Positions 26,365 to 35,314 of a stretch of 64,000 nucleotides of DNA are shown in pieces (positions within the stretch are counted from its first letter, which is position 1; each line of letters begins with the position of its first letter). Below the pieces are notes generated by a model. The model ran no database searches. It was not told the DNA's origin and saw nothing but the letters and a program-made list of their open reading frames with translations. Source of the DNA: Candidatus Nomurabacteria bacterium (GTDB lineage: Bacteria; Patescibacteriota; Saccharimonadia; Saccharimonadales; JAGQNJ01); the NCBI GenBank assembly GCA_023898625.1, contig CP060231.1, forward strand, positions 276,258 to 340,257, written 5' to 3'. The position numbers and the translations under genes are program-made.

Positions 26365-28932
26365 ATGGCACTATCTTCATCATACGAACCCACAAAATAT
26401 GAATCAAAAATCTATAAATTATGGGAAGAAAACCAGGCATTTACTCCAGTAAATAGGGGTAGTTCTGAGACATTTAGTATTGTTGTGCCACCCCCAAATG
26501 CAAATGGGAACTTGCATATTGGCCACGCGCTGACAAACGCTCTGCAAGATGTTGCAGTTCGTTACCAACGTATGAAAGGGAAAGCCACATTATTTGTACC
26601 TGGGGCAGACCACGCTGGTTTTGAGACACAAGTTGTTTTTGAAAAAGAACTCAACAAAGCAGGGAAGAGTCGGTTTGATTTCTCCAGAGAAGATCTGTAC
26701 AAGCAAATTTGGGATTTTGTTGCGCAGAATAAATCAAACTATCAACAACAGTTCAGGCGTCTTGGTGCAAGCGTTGACTGGAATAGCTTTACATTCACTC
26801 TTGATAAGAAAATAATAAATCGAGCAAACCTTACATTCAAAAAAATGTGGGACGAAGGGCTAATTTACAGAGGCGAAAGACTGGTCAACTTCTGTACCTT
26901 CCATGGCACTGCTTTTGCAGATATCGAAGTAGTCTACAAAACTGAAGTAGGGAAGATGTATTACATCAAATTCCCTTTATCACCGCTTAACGGTATTAAG
27001 GATAAAAATTCATATATCCTTATCGCCACTACTAGGCCAGAAACAATGCTTGGCGATGTAGCGGTAGCCGTTCATCCAAACGATAAACGCTTTAAGCACT
27101 TGGTAGGTAGAACTGCTGTAATTCCATTAGCCAACAGAGAAGTTCCTATAATTTCCGACGAGATGGTTGACACCAAATTTGGGACTGGTGCAGTAAAGAT
27201 CACATCTGCTCATGACCCTAATGATTTCGACGTTGCCCAAAAACATAATCTGCCCCTACTTAAGGTAATAACCGAAGCAGGGGAGATTGGTCATGATGCC
27301 CCTCACCAATATCACGGTCTTTCTGTTGATCAAGCACGCAAGCAAATCGTCAAAGAGCTTGAAGAACAAGAGTTACTGGAAAAGGTTGAAGATCACGAAC
27401 ACCGGGTAGGGCATTGCTATAAATGCGACACCGTCATTCAACCTCTGGTACGTGACCAGTGGTTCATTAATATGAAGCCTTTGGTACGTAAAGCAATTAG
27501 TGTGTTAGAAGATAAACAAATCCAATTCTACCCAGAGAGTAAGAGGATACAACTGATTACATACCTAGAAGGTTTGCGAGATTGGAACATTAGCCGACAA
27601 ATTGCCTGGGGTATCCCGATTCCAGCTTTTCAGAATGTCGATGATCCAGACGATTGGATATTTGACACTCGGACAGATCAAGAAATCTTAACAATAAATG
27701 ACAAGACCTATCGCCGTGACCCAGATGTTTTTGACACTTGGTTCTCTAGTGGACAGTGGCCATACGCCACACTAGACTACCCAGATGGGCAAAAATTCAA
27801 GGAATTTTATCCATTAAGTGTTATGGAGACCGGGGTAGATATTCTTGCCCCTTGGGTCTCACGCATGATAATGCTCGGCATCTACATTACCGGCGAAGTT
27901 CCATTTAAATCAGTATATTTACATGGGTTAGTTCTTGATGAGCACGGTGCTAAAATGAGTAAAAGCAAGGGTAATGTTGTAAACCCTATGGATATGATTG
28001 ATGAATATGGTTCTGACGCCCTAAGAATGGGAATTATAACTGGTCAATCAGCTGGAAATAATCAGCCATTCACTACTGACAAAATAATTGGGGCTCGCAA
28101 CTTTGCAAATAAGCTATGGAATATAGCCCGATATGTTGAGTCTAAAGCAGAAGATAACACCTACACACCAACTCCTCCAATTCCACAAACAGTAGCAGAT
28201 CATTGGGTGTTGGGAGTTTTACAACATGCCGGCAACCAGGTCAGTTCTTATCTTGAAGAATATCGTTTTTCCGAAGCCTTCGATACCGTTTACCATACTG
28301 TTTGGTCAGAGGTAGCAGATTGGTATATAGAAGCCTCAAAAACTAAAGCAGGGAAGGGTATGCTCACTTTTGTACTTGAAACGGTTCTTAAAATAACTCA
28401 TCCTTTTGCGCCGTTTGTAACAGAAGCGATCTGGCAAGAACTGGACTGGAATAAGTGCCTACTGATAGTTTCTGAGTGGCCAAAGGTAGAGGGTTTTGAC
28501 ACTAAAAAATCGAAAGAATTCGAGAAAATTAAGGATATCACAACTGAGCTTCGCCAACTTAGCAAAAACATTGGACTAACAAAGCCTGTTTTATTTAGTA
28601 GTTCAGGAATTGTCGCTAATAACTCAGATCTGCTAATCAATCTATGCAAGTTAGGTAGTATTGAAAACAGCAACAGCAAAGGGGTGCGTTTACTTAGCGC
28701 ACAAGCATGGCTAGAAGTAGATACAGAGAAGCTATCGGCATACAAGAATACATTAAAACTAAAGATAGAAAAAAAAGAGCAGGAGATTACCGGGCTTCAA
28801 AAACGGCTCGCTAACAAGGCATACACATCGAATGCACCGGAACAGATAGTAACTCAAACTAAAAACCAACTATCAACACTACTAGAGGAAAATGAGTTAC
28901 TACAAACCCAATACAAACAACTTAGCAAATAA
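26365..28932 (+). CDS. valS: valine--tRNA ligase
   Basis: HIGH motif (NLHIGHAL), KMSKS motif, editing domain and C-terminal coiled coil. 855 aa. Confidence 0.95.
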   Translation: MALSSSYEPTKYESKIYKLWEENQAFTPVNRGSSETFSIVVPPPNANGNLHIGHALTNALQDVAVRYQRMKGKATLFVPGADHAGFETQVVFEKELNKAGKSRFDFSREDLYKQIWDFVAQNKSNYQQQFRRLGASVDWNSFTFTLDKKIINRANLTFKKMWDEGLIYRGERLVNFCTFHGTAFADIEVVYKTEVGKMYYIKFPLSPLNGIKDKNSYILIATTRPETMLGDVAVAVHPNDKRFKHLVGRTAVIPLANREVPIISDEMVDTKFGTGAVKITSAHDPNDFDVAQKHNLPLLKVITEAGEIGHDAPHQYHGLSVDQARKQIVKELEEQELLEKVEDHEHRVGHCYKCDTVIQPLVRDQWFINMKPLVRKAISVLEDKQIQFYPESKRIQLITYLEGLRDWNISRQIAWGIPIPAFQNVDDPDDWIFDTRTDQEILTINDKTYRRDPDVFDTWFSSGQWPYATLDYPDGQKFKEFYPLSVMETGVDILAPWVSRMIMLGIYITGEVPFKSVYLHGLVLDEHGAKMSKSKGNVVNPMDMIDEYGSDALRMGIITGQSAGNNQPFTTDKIIGARNFANKLWNIARYVESKAEDNTYTPTPPIPQTVADHWVLGVLQHAGNQVSSYLEEYRFSEAFDTVYHTVWSEVADWYIEASKTKAGKGMLTFVLETVLKITHPFAPFVTEAIWQELDWNKCLLIVSEWPKVEGFDTKKSKEFEKIKDITTELRQLSKNIGLTKPVLFSSSGIVANNSDLLINLCKLGSIENSNSKGVRLLSAQAWLEVDTEKLSAYKNTLKLKIEKKEQEITGLQKRLANKAYTSNAPEQIVTQTKNQLSTLLEENELLQTQYKQLSK

Positions 28933-29053
28933 CTGATCGAAATTAGATTACTAGGCAATTATCCCCACCTGGGTAGATAGCTAATTACCTTGGTTGCTTA
29001 TTGATTTTTGTTATGGTTTGTGGTATAGTCAATTAAGCTAAGCAAAGACAAAA

Positions 29054-30100
29054 ATGTCAAACAAAGATCCAATAAATAGCTCCGAATCTCAATATTCTCA
29101 AGAAGATGTTGAGCTTTTTGTTGCAGATTGTATGCGACGAATAGGTCTTGGTCCTCAAAATGATTATTCAAAACTAGACCATTACGGCCCACCTCTTGAA
29201 CCATATCTTCACGAGGATTCTACTGCTGTTCATGACAACGAAGATAATAATCCTTATGTATTTAACCATCGAGACGAATTCTTAGAAGAATTACTTTCTT
29301 TTGCCGATCAAGGTACATCTATACTGGGTGAAGGTTTAGGGCAACTAGAACCAAACATTGGCAAAGCCGTATCGAGCAAACTTCAAGAAGTAATTATGCT
29401 ACTATCCTATGATATTGATGTAGACCTTGGTACCAATATCGGCCCTAAAGATCTAGCCCTACGGGACCTAGCAATTCTATCAATAGCCGTAAGTTCCTCG
29501 CTTGGTTTTGTCGACTATGTAACCGCGACAGGATTTGGTGCTCATAGTTTTATTGAACAAGCCAAAATAACCAATAGGAGCACTGGAACTACTGGAGAAT
29601 TTGAAGTTTGCTATGACTCTATTGATTATTATGATGATCAAGACATTTCATCAGTGAAAGAATCTGATTATGAGGAGTATCCCGATTTTTACCACTATCC
29701 TGGAAAACTCAAGATTAGTGTTAGCGATCACAGAATTGAATTCTCCTTGCAACATGAGTTGCCTGAAGCAGAGGAGCGATACGCGCAAACTATTCATACC
29801 GAACGCGGAGACATAACCACCAACACTATTTCAATTAGAATCGACAAAGATCCTAGCGCTCCACATGGGTATAGTGTTGATATTGGTCGTGACCCTCGTG
29901 AAACAAGCAAGCTATCACGTAAAGGTGACCTTCTAGGTACACTTCTTTCAGCTACGCGAGGTGACGGAAGTCACTTTTACACAGAAGCGGATGAAATTAA
30001 CGAGTCTTCTTTTAGGACTATGACACACAACCTATCCTTGCTTTTAAATTCCATAGATGAAAGGATAAAGCTGGATACTAACTTAAAGGGAGATTCATAA
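29054..30100 (+). CDS. hypothetical acidic protein
   Basis: 348-aa ORF with no motif recognised. Confidence 0.5.
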   Translation: MSNKDPINSSESQYSQEDVELFVADCMRRIGLGPQNDYSKLDHYGPPLEPYLHEDSTAVHDNEDNNPYVFNHRDEFLEELLSFADQGTSILGEGLGQLEPNIGKAVSSKLQEVIMLLSYDIDVDLGTNIGPKDLALRDLAILSIAVSSSLGFVDYVTATGFGAHSFIEQAKITNRSTGTTGEFEVCYDSIDYYDDQDISSVKESDYEEYPDFYHYPGKLKISVSDHRIEFSLQHELPEAEERYAQTIHTERGDITTNTISIRIDKDPSAPHGYSVDIGRDPRETSKLSRKGDLLGTLLSATRGDGSHFYTEADEINESSFRTMTHNLSLLLNSIDERIKLDTNLKGDS

Positions 30101-30126
30101 GTTAGTGCGGTCTATGATTTTGTGCG

Positions 30127-30873
30127 TTACTCGTTTTTACTTAAGCCTAAAAGTAGTTGTTTCATCGCGGTTGCGATGGTTGGGCTTTGAATTATGACCC
30201 CCATAACGTCTTCGCCATAACTCAAAAATGCCGTCTTATCACCGTATACGTCAACTTCTACGGATGCAGTGTATGATTCTTCTGGTAACCAGGTTCTTAT
30301 TACATTGTATATCTTATCTGATTGTGAATATTGGCGACTGTCATCCTTCTCTGTCGTAAAAGCATACGTAGCAATACCAAGATCTGCGCGTCGTTTTTTG
30401 TACTTTTCAAAATACTCATCACCTAGGGTTTGGATCTCTTTTGGTGTACGTAAGAAATAAATATCTTGTTTTGTACGCAAAGTGTCGGCATAGATCTCTT
30501 TTAACCCCTCAACACCCTCTAAAAGCCGTATACCAGGCTTTTCTGTAAAAGTGTAGAAATAGCTCAGCATTTTAGGCATAGCATGTTTTATGGCTTGCTC
30601 AGCCTCAATAAACTGCTTACGCCGTTCCTCTACAAGTTTTTCGATGGCTATTGGGTTTAATGATCGGTATGATATTTTGTTATTATTTGAACTTTTCTCT
30701 ATTAGTCCTAAAGACGCCAACTTATCAAGAATCATATACGTATTGGTGCGAGATTCTCCAGACAATTTAGAAACTTCAGGAGGGGATAGTTCACCTTTTT
30801 CAATTAATAACAGATAGGTTTTTGCTTGAGAATCAGTTAATCCTATTGTTTTAAGAAGATCTGGGGTCATCAT
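30127..30873 (-). CDS. TrmB-family transcriptional regulator
   Basis: N-terminal winged HTH (LGLTDSQAKTYLLLIEKGELSPPEVSKLSGESRTNTYMILDKLASLGLIE) plus a TrmB-type C-terminal domain. Confidence 0.7.
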   Translation of the reverse strand: MMTPDLLKTIGLTDSQAKTYLLLIEKGELSPPEVSKLSGESRTNTYMILDKLASLGLIEKSSNNNKISYRSLNPIAIEKLVEERRKQFIEAEQAIKHAMPKMLSYFYTFTEKPGIRLLEGVEGLKEIYADTLRTKQDIYFLRTPKEIQTLGDEYFEKYKKRRADLGIATYAFTTEKDDSRQYSQSDKIYNVIRTWLPEESYTASVEVDVYGDKTAFLSYGEDVMGVIIQSPTIATAMKQLLLGLSKNE

Positions 30874-30900
30874 TAAGATATTAGCATAGATAATGTGTGA

Positions 30901-30959
30901 TTGTCAATGCTATTTTGACAAACTCATTACATGTTTACATCTGTTATGTATCGATACAT
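30901..30959. promoter_or_regulatory. two palindromic candidate operators in the divergent intergenic region
   Basis: TTGTCAA-N7-TTGACAA (30901-30921) and the perfect 14-bp palindrome ATGTATCGATACAT (30946-30959). Confidence 0.35.
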
Positions 30960-30969
30960 AATCACGATA

Positions 30970-30998
30970 TTGACATTTTGAATATTATTTGGCATAAT
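30970..30998 (+). promoter_or_regulatory. near-consensus sigma70 promoter with extended -10
   Basis: TTGACA (30970-30975), 17-nt spacer ending in TGG, CATAAT (30993-30998). Confidence 0.6.
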
Positions 30999-31004
30999 GT
31001 ACGC

Positions 31005-31590
31005 AGTCGATTGAATGAGAGGCTTCAGTCGAATCGAACATTTTTGGTATAAGTGGTAGTAATAAAACTAACTCTAATGTGGTTGAACTCTCTGTTAACA
31101 GATCGAGATCCTACAATAGAGAATGAAGAATACGGTTGAGCACCGCATATTGTATTGATTGCGAAGTTGCTTTTTTGCATTTCCGCACCGCTGGGCACAG
31201 ATTGGAAACTATACACTTCATCTGTTGTATGCAATAACAGTTGTTGAACTACTAGCCACGAAGTACCATCTGCCTCGTTTAACCTGTTTGATAGCTTTAG
31301 CGTTCGATTTCAGAGAGGCTTTCACGGCGCTAAAGCTACCTTCTAGAATGTTGAATAGATAACTTACGAGAACTGATGTATTTATTGGGCATTCTTATTA
31401 AGAAGCGCCCAAGTTCGTTAAAAGCTTTGTTAGTTGTAGGCACGAGAGGTCACTTGTGAAAGATCATTTCTTTTAAATGAAGCCTCTCATTCGGATTAAT
31501 CCCAAGTGGTCTCTTATGTTAATTTACGGAGCTTTTGGGCTCGGTTTTTTGTAGCTACGTTAGAAAAAGCCGGCCCAAAGGCTTCCGATT
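31005..31590 (+). ncRNA. candidate large structured RNA or long structured 5' leader (unclassified); alternative reading is a MITE-like element
   Basis: No ORF over 70 aa. 15-bp perfect long-range complement 31013-31027/31478-31492. 11-bp hairpin 31292-31302/31328-31338. Hairpin 31385-31412. 20-bp interrupted hairpin 31530-31583. Confidence 0.4.
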
Positions 31591-31660
31591 AGTAGGAGAT
31601 CTTTGGGGCGTGCAGCCCGGCAACACCGCCAAACGCACATAAACCATCGGAGGAAAAACG

Positions 31661-32257
31661 ATGGACGTTAAGATCTTGGAAGAGCTTGCCCCCTGGGCGG
31701 GGAAGGTCCCTCCCACGAAGGAGAGTGCGGAAGGAAGCGAGAGCTTCCTGTACCGCGGTACAGTCAGCTACCGGCCGTGGGGCTATGAAGCCCTTCGGCA
31801 AAGGCATTTTCTGGTGATAGTGCCAGAAAATGGCCTGCCGTATGCGGTGGAGTGGGACGATAGTCTCACTCCTGTCGTGGAGGCCTTTATCGCCTCCGGG
31901 GTTGTGGCGCCGATGGCGCCCTCCTACCGCATCTCTCTCGACGACGTGGTCGGGTGGAGAAGAGCATGGGGTTCAGATTGGATCCCAACAAGCCGTGAGG
32001 GCGTATTGCCCATAACGGCATTGCCACAACACGTGGCTGATGCCCTGGACAGGGACGGCGGATGGACAGACATCCGTGTCGTTGGCAATGAAGTGCGGGC
32101 CACCCAGGACTACCGCTCTGGCGGCTCCTGCGGTCGTTCGCAAGAGATGGTCTTCGCTACCTTGAAGACAACCTCCGAAGGAGTGAGGTTCAAGACCACC
32201 GTCCATTCTGTCGCGTATGAGGACAGCCTGGGCAGAAAGAGAGGTACATTCACCTAA
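31661..32257 (+). CDS. hypothetical protein, compositionally foreign (high GC)
   Basis: ATG preceded by a GGAGG RBS (31648-31652). The first 150 nt hand-count to about 59% GC. The antisense ORFs on the other strand are typical high-GC artefacts. Confidence 0.6.
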   Translation: MDVKILEELAPWAGKVPPTKESAEGSESFLYRGTVSYRPWGYEALRQRHFLVIVPENGLPYAVEWDDSLTPVVEAFIASGVVAPMAPSYRISLDDVVGWRRAWGSDWIPTSREGVLPITALPQHVADALDRDGGWTDIRVVGNEVRATQDYRSGGSCGRSQEMVFATLKTTSEGVRFKTTVHSVAYEDSLGRKRGTFT

Positions 32258-32570
32258 AAACAAAAAGGCCTCGCATTAGCCTTACATCACCGCAAACAAT
32301 GCGCCTACAACGGTAAGGCACCGTAAAGAACTATTGCTGTTGCAACCCGGCAACGATAAATCACTCTGTTAGTAATAGCAGACATGAAGCAACCCATGCT
32401 TTGTGAGGGGATTTGCTTGATTCGGCACAAGCTAGAGTGTACGTTCCTGTACAGGGAATATGGCACAATACCGAGGTCATTGTGGTAGACCGCTCTTTAG
32501 AGCAAAGGCCACCCGGTTTTCTCGAATCCCGGATTGTAGCACACTCAGTGCTATGGTAAGTCGAGTTTCA

Positions 32571-32645
32571 CCCCAATCATCGCTCACCAGCTCAGGTGAG
32601 TTCGCTGAACAAGCGATTGATAGATGATTGGGGTATTTTTATTTG
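32571..32645 (+). terminator. branched intrinsic terminator
   Basis: 11-bp closing stem CCCCAATCATC/GATGATTGGGG (32571-32581/32623-32633). It encloses two small hairpins and is followed by TATTTTTATTT. Confidence 0.55.
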
Positions 32646-32649
32646 TGCT

Positions 32650-33510
32650 CTAGTCTTCAAATTCGAGGGCGTTTTTGATGCGTGAAATGCTTTGCTCTGG
32701 GTTATTGCTATTAAACCAAAGCACTTTCCAGCCTTTTTTGCTGGCAGTCATCAAGTTTGGCCGACTGTCGTCTATCAACAGTATTTCTGATGGCTGACAA
32801 TTACTCCGATCTTCTGCTTCCTCATAGATTGCTTCTTCTGGCTTTATTGCTCCGACTTCTGAAGAATCGATAATAACGTCGTAGTTGATATTAGGCACAA
32901 GATTGTGGTCAATTAATTCATTCAAAAATCCGGGCATTATATTGGTCATTAACCCGACATGGTAATTTTCAATAGCCCAAGATAATAAATCGTCCATTCC
33001 CTGAACTAGCTCTACTTCTTCTGTGTAGTACTTAGCCCAGTCAATATTATCTATATTAAGATCATTTGCGAATCGTTTATTAAACTCCTCTATGGATATT
33101 TCACCCCTGCAAACCATATCGTTATGTTGCCAAAAGGCCATTTCTACAACATCTGGCGATAAATCATATTCTTCGCTAATTCGCTCCAGAGCGCGGTGAA
33201 AAAACTGAACCAAACATCCGTTGACGTCAAAATACACAAAACGCACCCCAGATTTACTGACCTTTTTTGGCACAATTGGTGGGAATCCAGAGCCTTGAGA
33301 TTCTGATATACCCAACAGTTCGTTTAAGGTTAACCCAAGCACACTGGCTATCCGTTGAATAGTAAAAATTGACGGAGCCTTAATAGCACCTCGCTCAATC
33401 TTTGCCAGGGTAGAATATGAAATATCTGCTTTTTGGCACAACGTTTGTTGTGTCAATCCTGCCTTTATTCTGGCTTCTTGTAATTGTTTTCCGAGACCCA
33501 CCTCGTCCAT
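32650..33510 (-). CDS. XRE-family HTH domain fused to HAD-like hydrolase domain
   Basis: N-terminal HTH (LTQQTLCQKADISYSTLAKIERG). C-terminal HAD-like motifs (YFDVNGCLV ... LLIDDS). Confidence 0.65.
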   Translation of the reverse strand: MDEVGLGKQLQEARIKAGLTQQTLCQKADISYSTLAKIERGAIKAPSIFTIQRIASVLGLTLNELLGISESQGSGFPPIVPKKVSKSGVRFVYFDVNGCLVQFFHRALERISEEYDLSPDVVEMAFWQHNDMVCRGEISIEEFNKRFANDLNIDNIDWAKYYTEEVELVQGMDDLLSWAIENYHVGLMTNIMPGFLNELIDHNLVPNINYDVIIDSSEVGAIKPEEAIYEEAEDRSNCQPSEILLIDDSRPNLMTASKKGWKVLWFNSNNPEQSISRIKNALEFED

Positions 33511-33574
33511 ATAAACCTAATATTACCAGTTGTCTAGCTAAAAGGGAAGAGTAAACTAGCATTAAATGGCTAGT

Positions 33575-33757
33575 TTACTTAAGCATGTTTTCGATAGTGT
33601 TAAGAATTAACAGCATAATTACGAAGGCAAAGATTCCGGCGATTCCAGCAGTTATTGCCGAATTTTGAGCATTACCTCCGGTGCTACACATAATTTTAGT
33701 ATAGACCCATGTTCCAGCACCAACAGCAAACAATAGCGCAACAACAACAGGAGGCAT
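33575..33757 (-). CDS. small two-TM membrane protein
   Basis: 60 aa, hydrophobic. Its start overlaps the stop of the upstream HIT gene. Confidence 0.4.
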   Translation of the reverse strand: MPPVVVALLFAVGAGTWVYTKIMCSTGGNAQNSAITAGIAGIFAFVIMLLILNTIENMLK

Positions 33758-34173
33758 TAGACGTTCTCCATGGTTAGCTTTTTTGCCATTTCGGCCAATA
33801 CGGTGTGATCTGGTTCGGCAGACATATTCTGTTTGGCATTATATTCATTTATCGTATTAAATGGGTAGATTTTTACATGAGCATGTGGAACATCAACCCC
33901 CTCAATCCTTGTACCAACAAATTTAGTACCTAGTTTATTGCGTAGGTGTATAGATACTTTTTTGGTGGTTGACATCAGGGCTTGGTAGTATTCATCATCC
34001 AAATCCCACACAAACTCCAGCTGAATTTTGGGCACCACCACCGTTTGGCCAACAACTGCCGGATAGATATCTAAAAAAGCCAGGGTTTTATCATCCTCAT
34101 AAACCTTATAAGACGGTATTTCACCTTTGATTATCTTTGCAAAAACACTTTCTTCTGCCATATCTAATGACAA
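33757..34173 (-). CDS. HIT-family (histidine triad) protein
   Basis: HIT fold sequence (FAKIIKGEIPSYKVYEDD...). The triad region reads HAHVKIYP, with the third His replaced by Lys. Confidence 0.7.
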   Translation of the reverse strand: MSLDMAEESVFAKIIKGEIPSYKVYEDDKTLAFLDIYPAVVGQTVVVPKIQLEFVWDLDDEYYQALMSTTKKVSIHLRNKLGTKFVGTRIEGVDVPHAHVKIYPFNTINEYNAKQNMSAEPDHTVLAEMAKKLTMENV

Positions 34174-34190
34174 TATAGCATAATTAACGC

Positions 34191-35198
34191 ATGGATATTA
34201 TGAAAATAATACTACTAGCACTGGTCAAGGTATTAATATTGGCTTGTTTGGGTCTGTTCATTATAGGCGTTATTTTTAAGGTTACTTTTGGAAATCAAGA
34301 TTTTATCAAGCAGTCGCTGAATAATAGCGGGTTGTATTCAACAGTAGAGAAGGGGATAAAACAACAAATAGCCACCCAAGTAGCATCGGTCAGCAATACA
34401 ACAACACTAAATACAATAATTAGCCAAGCAATCGACAAATCAGTAACTAGTGATCTTATACAACAAAATATTGAAAGTACCATTTCTAATGCTTACGCTT
34501 GGTTGAGTGGAGAAAATACAAATCTCGTCATCTCTTACAACGTAGACGATGCACAAGCTACTTTCTTACAAGAGGTTACTGATGGATTACGTGAAAGAGC
34601 TAAAACCTTGCCCAAATGCTCCAGAAAAATACGGCCAACTACAAATGACATATTCACCATTAACTGTATCCCTCCAGGCACAAACATAGAAGGGGAAATT
34701 TTGGAAGCGCAACAACAGTTCAACCAGCAAATAGCAACTCAACCACAAAAGGTAGACTTAACAAAAATAACCAATAATTCTAGTTCACCAATAAACAGAT
34801 TGCCGAATGTTTACAAAATTCTAACCTTGCTTCCTCTAATCTCAATATTGCTAATTGTGTTGCTACTCATATTTGAGTTACTTTTGTCACGACCAAGATA
34901 TCGTGCATTACGAACAGTTGGCATAGCTTCAATTTTGTGTGGAGTTCTTTGTTTGATATGCAGATTTATTACTCCTATTATTCTTTATGAAAGGATAAAA
35001 CATATCTCATTAAACACTGATGTGGCAGATTTTTCTTTACCTGTTCAAAAAATTTTTCAGGACATAGTAAGTCAGATAAGCTCAACACTACTAACGATAG
35101 GTGTATCACTTATAGCTTTAGGTTGTTTGTGTCTAGGGTTCTATATCTTTATCAGAAAAACCAATACCAGAAATGAACTACCTAAGAACATTCCTTAG
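34191..35198 (+). CDS. hypothetical membrane protein
   Basis: N-terminal TM, a large extracytoplasmic region and C-terminal TMs. Confidence 0.5.
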   Translation: MDIMKIILLALVKVLILACLGLFIIGVIFKVTFGNQDFIKQSLNNSGLYSTVEKGIKQQIATQVASVSNTTTLNTIISQAIDKSVTSDLIQQNIESTISNAYAWLSGENTNLVISYNVDDAQATFLQEVTDGLRERAKTLPKCSRKIRPTTNDIFTINCIPPGTNIEGEILEAQQQFNQQIATQPQKVDLTKITNNSSSPINRLPNVYKILTLLPLISILLIVLLLIFELLLSRPRYRALRTVGIASILCGVLCLICRFITPIILYERIKHISLNTDVADFSLPVQKIFQDIVSQISSTLLTIGVSLIALGCLCLGFYIFIRKTNTRNELPKNIP

Positions 35199-35314
35199 TT
35201 CCACCTCTTTGTTGTGCCCACTAACATTACTAGAATCCGTTTTTTTGGTTAAAAGTTGAGACCAAAACAGAACCAAACCTATAGCCTGTTACAAAGGAAA
35301 GAAGCAGTCAAAGT

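Noticed and set aside
31025-31362. ORFs 31025..31234 (minus) and 31159..31362 (plus) considered as genes.
   Set aside because: They are short, overlap each other on opposite strands, have no RBS and have odd composition. The region is better explained as noncoding, although a decayed pseudogene cannot be fully excluded.
31589-32263. Minus-strand ORFs 31589..31807 and 31973..32263 and the nested plus ORF 31830..32015.
   Set aside because: They are antisense or alternate-frame open frames, as expected in a ~59% GC coding region. Only the 31661..32257 frame has an RBS and spans the whole region.
32505-32535. CCGGTTTTCTCGAATCCCGG considered as a tRNA or tmRNA T-arm.
   Set aside because: No acceptor stem, D-arm or CCA context is present, and the loop does not fit TTCRANY. 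It is treated as one hairpin of the structured trailer.
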